The notes beneath the pieces were generated by a model. That model ran no database searches and was not told the origin of the DNA. It saw only the letters and a program-made list of their open reading frames with translations. A stretch of 64,000 nt of DNA from Sminthopsis crassicaudata (taxonomy: Eukaryota). The number at the start of each line of letters is the position of its first letter. The stretch's first letter is position 1. The position numbers and the translations under genes are program-made. Below are positions 51,091-62,170 of the stretch, piece after piece. The stretch spans positions 183,954,001 to 184,018,000 of the forward strand of contig NC_133622.1 of the NCBI RefSeq assembly GCF_048593235.1. Reading direction: 5' to 3'.

Positions 51091-51719
51091 AAATACTATT
51101 GTTTATCAAACAGCACACCAATAAAAAAAGTATTTTTTGGAAAATACTATACTTTGATCCACATTCAATCTTCACAGTTCTCTCTTTGGATGTAAGTGGC
51201 ACTTTCCATCCCAAGTCTATTATAATTGGCCTGAATCACTTCATTGTTGGAAAGAGCCACATCCATCACAATTGATCATGGAATAATCTTGTTGTTGCTG
51301 TGTATAATGTTCTGTTGTTTCTGCTCACTTCACTTAGCATCAGTTCATGTAAGAACCATCCTGCTGATCGTTTCTTATACAACAATAATATTCCATAACA
51401 TTTATATATCATAACTTATTCAGCCATTCTCCAACTGATGAGCATTCACTCATGTCCGAGTTCCTTCCTACTACAAAAAGGCTGTTACAAATATTTTGGC
51501 ACAAAATTTTCCCTTTTTTACAATCTCTTGGGGATACAGGCACTGTTTGATCAAAGAGAATAATACACAGTTTAATAGCCTTTTGGGCATAGTTCCAGAT
51601 TGCTCCCCAGAATGGCTGGGTCAATTCACAACTCTACCAACAATGTATCAGTGTCCCAACATTCCCTCCAACAATTATCATTATCTTTTCCTGTCTTTTT
51701 ATCTAATCTGAGAAGTATG

Positions 51720-52295
51720 TGTAACGTGCTCTCCTGGCAGTTACAATTACTAGTCTGTCCTAGACCCACCAGAGTACCTTTGACCACTGTCCTTTGCAGT
51801 GTGAGCTCTACCCGGCTCGCCTCCTCTGAGGCCTTCTAAGGTCTCTGGCCACAATCTCTTGAATCTATAGCTTAATAACCGGTAGCGCACTCAAGAACAA
51901 CCACGTGTAATCTTAAAAGCCTTTATTATACCTACTCACATAATGCCCTAGCTGATGCCCTGACTTGTTGGTTCCTGAGTGAACACCTGGTCAGAAGACC
52001 CATGTGTTCACTACCAAAATCCTTACCTCTTTCGGCTACCCATCTTGGCTTGGCCACCCAGGCTAGGAGCCAGGGTGAATAGCACGAGGTTAAAGAGGGC
52101 GGTTGCTGCCTGCAGTGGGCTTATATAGGGCCTGTGAGGTCACACACACAGCCAATCAGCGAGAGAGTCACCCATTACAAAACTATCTCAATATGGCCAG
52201 GATCCCGCCCAAGGGCAGTCCTAATATCCACAGAAATTACTTCTGGGCCTCAATCTCCCGATGCACTGTGTCCGCTCATTTAAAGGGCCCTTACA
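51720..52295 (-). repeat. 3' LTR
   Basis: Matches 54992-55567 except 52080 T/55352 C and 52274 G/55546 A (by eye). Confidence 0.98.
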
Positions 52296-52313
52296 ATTCC
52301 CTTTCTCTTGTTT
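52296..52313 (-). other. Polypurine tract
   Basis: - strand AAACAAGAGAAAGGGAAT immediately before the 3' LTR TGTAAGG. Confidence 0.9.
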
Positions 52314-52422
52314 TGCGGGAACCGCACATCTCACCAAGCTAAACTTTTAGCACCAGCTATAGTTCACTTGATCCATGAGATGACAATGTTATGCCCAAGG
52401 AGGTACAAAGCAGCAGATCAGT

Positions 52423-52467
52423 AAACAGAAGTATGACAATGAGAACCAGGCTCAACAGTGGCCCAAA
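52423..52467 (-). pseudogene. env membrane-spanning-domain remnant
   Basis: - strand FGPLLSLVLIVILLF resembles the gamma-type env GPL(hydrophobic)n helix and lies just upstream of the PPT; flanked by stops/frameshifts. Confidence 0.5.
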
Positions 52468-52681
52468 TGTTCAACCCATTCATCAAAGTCATACTCGAGA
52501 TAATAGGCCAAAGAGATTGGATGCCAATGAGGTAGGATGTCAACACTGAGGTGGGAAGTCAACAAGGTAAAACATCACAATTCTAGTTAACAAATATCAG
52601 TAGGTAGGTTGTCACAATTCTAGTTACATTTATCACAGTTCTAGACCAATTCTAGTTTCTTACAATTTTCTGTTGCACTTT

Positions 52682-52955
52682 TCACACTCCTAGAACAATT
52701 CTAGCTTATCACAATTCTCAATTGCACTTGTCACAATCCTAGAACAATTCTAGTTTATCACAATTCTCAATTGCACTTGTCACAATCCTAGAACAATTCT
52801 AGCTTATCACAATTCTCAATTGCACTTGTCACAATCCTAGAACAATTCTAGCTTATCACAATTCTCAATTGCACTTTTCACAATTCTAGAGCAATTCTAG
52901 CTTATCACAATTCTCTATTGCACTTTTCACAATTCTAGAACAATTCTAGTTTCAC
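52682..52955. repeat. 49-bp tandem array (5 full units + partial; decayed units back to ~52596)
   Basis: tagaacaattctag core at 52691, 52740, 52789, 52838, 52887 and 52936 (exact 49-bp period). Confidence 0.97.
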
Positions 52956-53309
52956 AGGTGCACATAAGCAGTCATGTCCAGTAACATTGTCTCAATAACA
53001 ATGGCAGGTGGGTGTGTTGGTTTTTCACCCACTAATTTAAAAGCATAGTCCTTCAATAGAAAGCATAGGGCAAAGCCTCTTCCCAGGCCACCATATGGCA
53101 AGTGGCCACGGGAGAAGCAAGCAGGCCCATTGTCCATTTACAGTCTTTATATTGCGTATCACCCAAAACAGTCCATTTCAGCTGCAACACTGGAACTGTG
53201 TCTGCTGTCTCTGGTGTCACGGTCAGGAGGGGCATCGCTGCCATCAGCGTCTGAAGGGCTGCGGACATCTGGCTGGTCTCTCTGGACTGTTGTCTGGTCC
53301 TTCTCTTGG

Positions 53310-53432
53310 ATCCCCAAGTTACAAATGTCTCTGGTGGGGATCAACTCTGCTGCTGGATCTGCACCTAGGAAGGAATGTCCCCGGGGCCCAACTTGGGCCT
53401 TTCCAAATGCCATCCAGGCCTTTCCACATCAC
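53310..53432 (-). pseudogene. Betaretroviral integrase C-terminal domain remnant (frameshifted)
   Basis: - strand VMWKGLDGIWKGP, then in another frame RGHSFLGADPAAELIPTRDI; resembles recalled V.WKD...WKGP...WGRG..CV...W.P.R motif. Confidence 0.65.
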
Positions 53433-53548
53433 AGTGGAAACAAAGTTGTTGTCAAAAAAGATTAACAAGTCAGACAAAAGTCAGTCTGTCACTTAGCTGC
53501 ACTTTCTGTGTATGCCTGAAGTGCATTGCTAAGGTAAAATGCAAAGAA

Positions 53549-53680
53549 TTTAAAAATGTAAAACCAAAATAATTTAAAAGTGTAAAACCAAAATAACTTT
53601 AAAATGTAAAATCAAAATACTTTGAAGATGTAAAACCAAAAATGTTTAAAAATGTAAAATCAAAATTTAAAATTGTAAGC
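53549..53680. repeat. 24-bp tandem array (U-rich on the element's sense strand)
   Basis: tgtaaaa at 53557, 53581, 53605, 53629 and 53653 (exact 24-bp period). Confidence 0.95.
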
Positions 53681-53842
53681 AATCACATATCCCAAAATTC
53701 CCTTCTCTTGTTTAGAAGAGAAGATCTTGGGGATAGTCTGTGCAGTAATGACTTTACTAACACTCGGCTATATCCCTGAATTCTTTTGCCTAAAAATCAA
53801 AGTTTGAGTTTCTGATACCGAATTGTACTCCAGGAGTGTGAA

Positions 53843-54868
53843 TCAATAAATCTGATATTTTCCTCCTGGGTCAAAGATCACACACTGTCTATTTATTCTA
53901 GTGATTAAAACAGCAATTTTCCAACCCATTCTAGACATAAACACTGTTTTATAAGTACCCGTAGGGGGTTGGGAAATCAAGCTCACCTGTGGAAGTGGAA
54001 AATCCACGAGGTAAGAAAAGAGGAGTTTCAACTCTCCAAAGACGATCCTAGCAGTTTTACAAGTATAAAACTCCACTCTCTCTAACTGCAAGGTCTTGTC
54101 CCTGTAAGGTTTCTTAGAAATTAACTGAACTGTATTTTTAAAACTTTTCTGATTATAGTCAATACCCCACAATTCCTTTTTGCCTTGGGGCATAAAGCCT
54201 ACTCCTGTCCTTTGAAATGAAGACACAGGAGTTTTAAATGGATTAATGGGCAGTGCTGATGATATTATCGCCCTTCCTTTTCCTCCTCCCCCTTCTCCCT
54301 TGGCCCAAGAAGGTGAGGCAGAGGGAAGAAGAATTGGAAAATTCCCCAAAGGCTGATTTAAAATCAAACCTGAGCTTTGCACATAAAAAGAACTAAACTT
54401 CTTCTCAATGAAAGAGTAATCAATAAATTCCTTAAAACAACAATGCACGAGGTAAACCAACAAAACGCTAAGAAGAATTTCTACAACTGAAATCCATGTG
54501 GTTCGTTTATTTCCTTCCTTAGTTTCAGCCACTGGTTTGAACTCTTCCTGTTCTATCTGTAGTAACCTAGCTTTTTCTTCTTTCTCTAGCTCAATCTGTA
54601 GTTTAACCTGCAATTCCAGCAACTCTTGCTGTGGCATTTTGTACTCTATACTGTCATACATACGCACTAGCTCTAGGTTGCTCCCTCTCCGAGCTATATT
54701 TAATGGGTGTGGGGATAGCCTTCTCGGAGCTTGATTACAAGCTTCCTGCTGTTCTTCAGTGGTGATCTTTGTTAAAAGATCTTCCATCTGGCTCTTTAAC
54801 CTCTTTATATAATAAGCATTATGTTCAGCTGTGTCCTTGAGTCTGATCCCAGATTTACCTGGGTCCAT
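53843..54868 (-). CDS. 341-aa ORF of unknown family in the gag position: coiled coil (aa ~80-110), TM helix (aa ~125-145) followed by Cys-Cys, unknown C-terminal domain
   Basis: Longest uninterrupted ORF in the window; strong Kozak (gcaatATGG) about 100 nt after the PBS; no MG start, MHR or CCHC knuckle. Confidence 0.7.
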   Translation of the reverse strand: MDPGKSGIRLKDTAEHNAYYIKRLKSQMEDLLTKITTEEQQEACNQAPRRLSPHPLNIARRGSNLELVRMYDSIEYKMPQQELLELQVKLQIELEKEEKARLLQIEQEEFKPVAETKEGNKRTTWISVVEILLSVLLVYLVHCCFKEFIDYSFIEKKFSSFYVQSSGLILNQPLGNFPILLPSASPSWAKGEGGGGKGRAIISSALPINPFKTPVSSFQRTGVGFMPQGKKELWGIDYNQKSFKNTVQLISKKPYRDKTLQLERVEFYTCKTARIVFGELKLLFSYLVDFPLPQVSLISQPPTGTYKTVFMSRMGWKIAVLITRINRQCVIFDPGGKYQIY

Positions 54869-54971
54869 ATTGCTTCTCTGTCTTCCCTCTTAAGTGGCGT
54901 TTCTACCGGATCTTTCAGAATCTTAATTCTGAATATTAAATATTTTCAAAACCTGATAATTTCTGATGCGT

Positions 54972-54989
54972 CCACCACGTTGGGCGCCA
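54972..54989 (-). other. Primer binding site, tRNA-Lys1,2 (CUU)
   Basis: TGGCGCCCAACGTGGTGG 2 nt downstream of the 5' LTR; first 15 nt match the canonical Lys1,2 PBS TGGCGCCCAACGTGGGGC. Confidence 0.92.
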
Positions 54990-54991
54990 TT

Positions 54992-55567
54992 TGTAACGTG
55001 CTCTCCTGGCAGTTACAATTACTAGTCTGTCCTAGACCCACCAGAGTACCTTTGACCACTGTCCTTTGCAGTGTGAGCTCTACCCGGCTCGCCTCCTCTG
55101 AGGCCTTCTAAGGTCTCTGGCCACAATCTCTTGAATCTATAGCTTAATAACCGGTAGCGCACTCAAGAACAACCACGTGTAATCTTAAAAGCCTTTATTA
55201 TACCTACTCACATAATGCCCTAGCTGATGCCCTGACTTGTTGGTTCCTGAGTGAACACCTGGTCAGAAGACCCATGTGTTCACTACCAAAATCCTTACCT
55301 CTTTCGGCTACCCATCTTGGCTTGGCCACCCAGGCTAGGAGCCAGGGTGAACAGCACGAGGTTAAAGAGGGCGGTTGCTGCCTGCAGTGGGCTTATATAG
55401 GGCCTGTGAGGTCACACACACAGCCAATCAGCGAGAGAGTCACCCATTACAAAACTATCTCAATATGGCCAGGATCCCGCCCAAGGGCAGTCCTAATATC
55501 CACAGAAATTACTTCTGGGCCTCAATCTCCCGATGCACTGTGTCCACTCATTTAAAGGGCCCTTACA
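54992..55567 (-). promoter_or_regulatory. 5' LTR with CCAAT box, TATA box, internal splice donor and poly(A) signal
   Basis: On -: ATTGG 55424-55428, TATATAA 55393-55399, GAG|GTAAGG donor (GT 55297-55298), AATAAA 55194-55199. Confidence 0.93.
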
Positions 55568-56509
55568 AGTATGAATTGCTATCTCAGAGTTGTTGAATTT
55601 GCATTTCTCTAATCAATAGTGATTTAGAATATTTTTTCATATGACTAAAAATGGTTTCAATTTCTTTATCTGAAAATCATATCCTTTGACCACTTATCAA
55701 TTGGGGAATGGCTTTTATTCTTATAAATTTACCTCAGTTCTCTATGTATTTTAGAAATGAGTTCTTTATCAGAAACATTGAAGGTAATTTTTTCTTTCAG
55801 CTTTCTGCTTTCCTTCTAATCTTGACTACATTGATTTTGTTTGTACAAAAATTTTTAAATTTAGCATGATCAAAACTATCCATTTTGCATTTCATAATGT
55901 TCTCTAGTTATTCTTTGGCTATAAATCCATTTTCACCAATTTGAGAAGCAGACTATCTTTTATTCTTCTGATTAGCTTATAATATCACCCTTTATGTCTA
56001 AATCATGAATCCATTTTGATCTTATCTTGGCATAAGGTGCTAGGTGTTGGTTAATGCCTAGTTTCTGCCATGCTATCTTCCAGTTTCCCCAGCAATTGTT
56101 GCCATATAGTGAGTTCTTATGCCAGAGACTGGAGTCACATACGTTCTTAATAAATACTGGCATTAATTTGTCATTTGTTCACTGAATATGCAGAGAAATA
56201 GCATCCCAGCATCCACTTGTATGCTTCCAGCAATAAGGAACCTACTACTTATCAAAGCTAACTCTTTCTGGCTTGGATTAGCTTCAGTGATTAGGAAGTT
56301 TCTCTAAAATCTATTTCCCTTGCTGCTCTGAGAGTTTGTGAACTCTGAAATTCTTTGATGCTCTGTACAAAAACAGAAAGACTTCAAACACAGGACAAAG
56401 TGAATTTGATAAGGTAATTGATGTTGGGAGAATCTCAAGCTCCTTTCAGTCAATTGAAAGCAGCTAGTTTGAACATATTATAAACTATGGTGCTAAAAGG
56501 ATAATAATT

Positions 56510-56840
56510 TAGAGTCCATGCTGTATGAAAACCATCAGAATTTAGGATAATTAGATTGAAAATTCAGGGGGAACATGATTGTTCTCTCAGTATTTGAAGT
56601 AGCACTCTCAGAAGAAGGATTAGACTTGTTCTCTTTGCATCCAGAAGAAAGATCCAGGAGACAGATACTGGGGATATTATAAAGAGATGGATTTAGGCTT
56701 GATAACAGAAAGAGTTTCCCAATAATTAGAAGTGTCCTAACATGAAATGGACTGCCTTGGGAGGTAATGGGTTTTCATTCATTAAAGGTCTTCAAGCAGA
56801 GTTTGGATACCATTGGTCTGGAATCCTGTAAGTTGGGAAT
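56510..56840 (+). mobile_element. CR1/L3 3' end
   Basis: agtatttgaag...gaagaaggattagacttgttctc...aatggactgccttgggaggtaatggg...ggtcttcaagcagag. Confidence 0.8.
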
Positions 56841-57129
56841 CATTTTAAAAAATATCTTCCAACTGGAAATTTTTTTTTTTTTTTTTTTTTTTGATCTTTG
56901 AATCCAGTTGGAAATGTTTGAAAAGCAAGGACGTAGAAAGGTGCTGGCAACATGGTACAGGGAAAAGAAAATTATATTGGGAATCAGAGATCTGAAATTG
57001 AATTTACTTGTGTGATCTTGAGCAACTCATTCAATTTTCTGGATAATAATTGATTTATTGTAAAATTAGTGGGCTTTCCCATATCTAAATCCTATAGGGC
57101 AAAAATTCTCCTTCCCCCATCTCTTTTTT

Positions 57130-57305
57130 TCTTTAAAGGAAGAAGGTAAAACTTCCAAATGATCAACTATGGGCTTGATGACAATTTCTGACAAAATTGT
57201 AGGACATGACATTAATGGTTTGTATGTACTTAGGAAGGGAATCCATGCTCATTAAGAACTAAGATGAGTTCAGCAAGAACAAGTCATTTGAGACTAATTT
57301 CACTT

Positions 57306-57336
<31 letters not shown>

Positions 57337-57640
57337 GAACATCATCAGACTTGGTGGGTACAGTGTGGCATAGTGGGTGGAGGGTTGGTTTTGGATTCAG
57401 GAAGTCCTGGATTTAATTTATATAGGCCATGCTATCATAACCAAGTGGCCTAGGGAACTCTTTTAAAAAGATAAGATATATAAAAGTTGCCTAAGTGAGG
57501 GAATTTTGTTACCAGGCATTCCCCATGCTGAAAAAATACCAGGTTCAAACTTTTCTCCCACTGTCATCAACACAAAAAAGGTTAGGTAGATCAGGAAGAT
57601 GTCATATATATATGTGTGTGTGTATATTTATATGTGTGTG

Positions 57641-57677
<37 letters not shown>

Positions 57678-58400
57678 ATATAATTGACCTTTGTTTTGGG
57701 AAGATGTTTGACAAAATCCATCATTATATCCTTTGCAATAAGATGGGAAATGATACTTGATGATAGTATAATTAGGCCGGTTGAAAATTTTTTCTCTATG
57801 GGGACCTAATGAGAAGAGAACAATGGCATTCTAGAAGGATATAGCCTGTCTTTGATATCTCTCCTAACTCCTGTTGAATTCAATTCAAATTTAAAAAATG
57901 TTTTAAGTGCTTGTCTTCATGGTGCTTATAAGGAATAAGAAAGGTGCCCTGATTAGGCCATATTGGGAATTACACTTGGTTCAGTTATTTTTATAAGTGA
58001 CATCAACAAGCTTGTTAATTAATTACTTAATAGCTTGTTGATATGATAATAATATAGCATGAGGTATAGTGGAGAGGAAGACCAAAAACCAGGTACTAAA
58101 GTCATTTAAAATGGTGCCTTGAAAGTTAGTATTTGACAGCAATAGTAGGAGTTGTTGATACAACACATTTTTGTGGACCTAAAAAGATAAATTGAGTGAT
58201 GATTAGTTGGCTGGTTAGTTAGTGTCCCTCATTCTTGAAAATGTCCAAATGCTGTGTCAGAATTCAGGTTCAGTGTGTTAACTATGGCTGATCAGATCGT
58301 TATGAGCTTGAAAAGCTCTATCACTGGTTGGACACAAATAATTCATATGAATATTCTCTGGGTGATGATGGAAAGGGGAATGATTATTTAGACCTGGAAG
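57130..58400 (+). mobile_element. Degraded CR1/L3 RT region with MIR and microsatellite insertions
   Basis: Degenerate coding for QHGF..N.SC.TNLISF and D.SKAFDK...HDIL..K (cagcaagaacaagtcatttgagactaatttcacttcc; gaagatgtttgacaaaatcc). Confidence 0.7.
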
Positions 58401-61400
58401 GGATTTTAAAGATTAACAAGTCCAACCATCTCCTTTATAGAGCAGAAAATTATGATCAAGAGAGGGCTAGTGACTTAGGATGATAGATATAGAGCATTTG
58501 GTCAAAGATATACAAGTGTCAAGTAGTGTATCATAGCAAAGCTGCAATGACAGGGAGGTGACTGGAATACAGACCTTTTTTCCAGGTCTGCAAATTGGGA
58601 GTATGGAGAGAAAAAAACAAACAAACAAACCCTGAGAATTGCCAGGAATATAATATGTATCCTTAATGAGAGTGCAGGGTTTCCATTAAAAAAAAAAAAG
58701 CTTTAGGACACTAAGGACTTTACTGCTAATAGAGATTTCAAAAGCCATATTGGAATGAGCTTTGCAATGATTTCAATTGAGTTGGAGTGGGATAGTAGAG
58801 ATGTGAGGGATGTCAATCTCATGTATAATTATGATTTTTGCATGGGACTAATACAATAGAAGATTGATTGATGCTCTTTCAATGTCTGACTCACAGATTT
58901 AATATATTGTTGTTTTGCTATAGTTTCTTAGAATCCTAGGACTCAGATCTGGAAGAGACTTTAGAGATGATTTAAATTATAGCATCTTAAACTGTGAGTC
59001 ATGACTCCATTTGGGGGTCATGTAACTGAATGTGAAAGTTGCAAAATTTTGACTTATTTTAAGTAAATGTTTGAATTATATACCTACTTTATATACCTAT
59101 ATTTCCAGGGTCACTATAAACATACTCAGTCTCCTTTCTGAGCCAGTTCTTAATACTTTACAATGGGAATGGAGGTGAGATTTAGATATTCTTAATGTTG
59201 GGTCCCTGGCCTTTTTTGTTGATACTTGTATTTCAATATAATTGCTTTTCCTTTATAATCCTATACATTTTCTTATATATATTTAAAAGTTGATTCTAAG
59301 AAGTGGGCCTTTAAGGTCCACCCGACCATCCCAGGGGGCCCACTGACACATAAAATGTTACAAATTCTTGGATTAGATGATTTCTCCCTGCTCTCTAACA
59401 TCAGATTCTATGAAATTCTAGCTTCAAACTCCACCTACTGCTTTTGAGGAAGGTCCTCTCTCCACCCCTGTAGATAAGCAGGGACAAGATAAGAAGAGGT
59501 TACTTCAGCTGCTTCCCCATGTGGTTATGACTCACTAGGGGAAGTGGATCAAGAGAGAAAGGTGACAGCATAACTAGGAAATGTGACTTACAGCCCAGCC
59601 CAAACTCCTTTAAGCTCAGCTCACCCTCTTGCTAAGGCTAAAAATCTGCCAAACTAAAGCTGGCCAAGTTTGATTGCCCCAGAATTACTGCATTGATTTT
59701 TATTTTGTTTTGGTTTTTTTTTAATTTTTCTTCTCCCAGGGTGAGAAGGTAAAACACTTGCCCATGTTCACACACATTTTTGTGTTGGTATTTGTCCTGT
59801 TAAGTCCCTCTGAAATACCAGCCAAACCTCCAGTTCAAATGGGAGTTTTCCAATCTTTGGCAGCCAAGTGAGAGGAGAAAATATTGTGTGAAGCTAAGGA
59901 GTTGTTCTCTCTTTCTGAAAGTTTTAAAGAAATATACTGTATCTAAATGAAATAAAGGATTATTTATTTTTAAGTTTTAGTGAGAGGTAACAAGGTATAA
60001 TTCATCAGGAGATGTCCTCAAAATCATGAAAACCTAGGTTCAAGGCCCACAAAAAATGAATGACCTTAAGCAAGGTACTTACTTTCTCTATGCCCCTATA
60101 TCTTTCACATTCTCCAATTCTCTATAAATTGTATAATGGTTTCTTTACCAGGTGTATCCCACACCACAGAAACTGACATCATGACTATCTTTTGTTTATT
60201 ATAATTCCTCATTTTTCTTCTTTTATTATGCCTTATTTCATACTAAAATCTTATAGCCAATGAATGGCAGATCTTAGGTTTTGTGCCTATGCATTTTACT
60301 TTTTAAATATATTTTGCTTTATTTATTTAAATATTTCCCAGTTATATGTTAAAAAAAAAAAAAGTTTTATTTTTTTTAATTTGAGTTCCAAATTCTCTGA
60401 AGAAGGGAGTTGGGTTCATTTATGTGGTCTCTGCCACTTAGATGACCTTTGGCAAATCATCTTTTAACCCCCTCTGACCTTCATTTCCCTCAATGGACAG
60501 GGAAGGGTGTGCAATCATGGTGCCTTCATAACATTGTTAAAAGGATCAAAGACCATCATGGTTATGAAATTCTAGAGAGGTGGGGCTTGAGTAGTGGCCC
60601 AACAATCTGCTTCATCATCCAGAAGATTGACTTGCAATTAAAGTCTTAATGAAGATAGAAAGTAACTTTGAGAGGAAACTAAGATGTTAAACTCTTAAAT
60701 AAGTAGTAGTGGGGATTAAAGGCTAGAGAAATTTTCAGCTAAGACCAATCAGCCTGGGCTGGAGTGGTTGGGGAAACTTAATAGGGGAAAGAAAATTTGA
60801 CCTGAAAACTCCAAATCAGTTCAGTTTATTAAGCAAAAGTTACTAAGTACCAGATGTAGGTTTCCATAAAGACAAAACAAAGCCCTGTCCTTAAGGAGCT
60901 CACATCATTATCTTCATCTTTGTCATCATACTTACCCTCATCCTCATTACATTTATATGGCACTTTAATGCTTTCTAAACAATTTACAGATCTTATCTTA
61001 TTTTTGTTCTTGTACTAGCCCTAGGAAAGAGGTACTAATATTATTATCCTCATTTTATAGATGGGGAAACTGTTGAAGGCATGAATTAATTATGGATTTT
61101 ACATCACTAGTAAATATCTGAGGCTGGATTTGAACTTAAGTCTTTCTGACAATAGGTGTGCTACTTTTTCCACCAAACCACAGGAAGGGTTTAGATCAGT
61201 GGGGAGATGGGAGCAAAGTGTTCCAACAGAACAGAATAATTTATGAGCAGAGAGGCACTAAATAGTTGTCTTTGGAGGGATTTGCTCATGCATAAAAGAA
61301 TAGTGAAAAAGGGGAGGAGATGGAAAGTTTTGGTTGTGATAACATTGGCGGGATCTTGAGTGTCAAGCACAGGCATTTTGGGATAATGGATTTATAGGGA

Positions 61401-61844
61401 GAGGTGGGGCTGTAGGAGTGATCTCGTCTGATGCATTATTTTATAGATGAGGAAAAAGGTTCAAAGAGGTTAAGGAGGTCAGAGGAAATAATGGAACTAT
61501 GATGCAAATCCAGGTACCCAGATTCCAAATCCAGTATTCTTTGGCAGGCCTTGGGGGAGCTAGAAACAACTTAAGCAGGGAAAATAAGATTTTAAGTATA
61601 GTCTCTATTTCCAATTTTGTGGAAAGAGTGCTCTTATTAAAGCTAAAAGAGAGCACAGTGTCAGGATTTAATCAGACAACTTTACATTTGAATCTATAGT
61701 GAGTACAGTCTAAGTCTTTGACCAATCATGCTCAACCTTTCCCTCCCCATACATGAGTTAATGCTTCAAAGAAATGGCAAACCCTGCTTTTATCGAAGTG
61801 GATCACAAAGTCTATACAACTTAGCAATGCTCAAAGACCATTGG

Positions 61845-62170
61845 CTATAAGAGAGATAGATAGATAAATAGATAGACAATAACAGATAGATAATCAAATG
61901 GATAATATATATGTGTGTTACTTAAATACACATAATATATAAACTTAATACACACACATATATATAATATACATATAAAATGCCTATATATAAATATGTG
62001 TATAAATTCATAATATATAATGTATGCCAATATGCATATGCATATATTTACATAGAAACACATGTATATACATAACTGTATAATATATATGCATAGAACA
62101 TATACATACATTGTATATATAAATATACAAATGCATAGACACATGTGCGTGCACACATACGCTCACATAT
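61845..62170. repeat. AT-rich low-complexity (TA/CA/GATA) tract
   Basis: Mixed tata/taca/gata runs. Confidence 0.9.

Larger units (their letters stand above)
51720..55567 (-). mobile_element. Complete young non-autonomous ERV2/betaretrovirus-like LTR element, 3848 bp
   Basis: Two 576-bp TG...CA LTRs, TSD AGTATG (51714-51719, 55568-55573), PBS, PPT; no RT/protease motifs seen. Confidence 0.97.
51140..56136 (-). mobile_element. Older L1 fragment (51140-51719 + 55574-56136) split by the ERV insertion
   Basis: Joining across the TSD restores L1 text ...ctaatctgagaagtatg|aattgctatctcagagttg..., colinear with 47580-47625; ORFs 51409-51624 and 55972-56163 are degraded ORF2. Confidence 0.9.

Noticed and set aside
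52682-52955. CRISPR-like appearance of the 49-bp array
   Set aside because: Units are contiguous and near-identical with no unique spacers, there are no cas genes, and the context is a eukaryotic ERV
53095-53496. + strand ORFs of 133 and 111 aa within the ERV
   Set aside because: Antisense shadows of the GC-richer IN/env remnants; no motif or promoter support
54275-54298. GEGGGGKG in ORF341 resembling a Walker A P-loop
   Set aside because: No S/T after K, no preceding hydrophobic beta strand, and it is encoded by a low-complexity GGA-rich stretch
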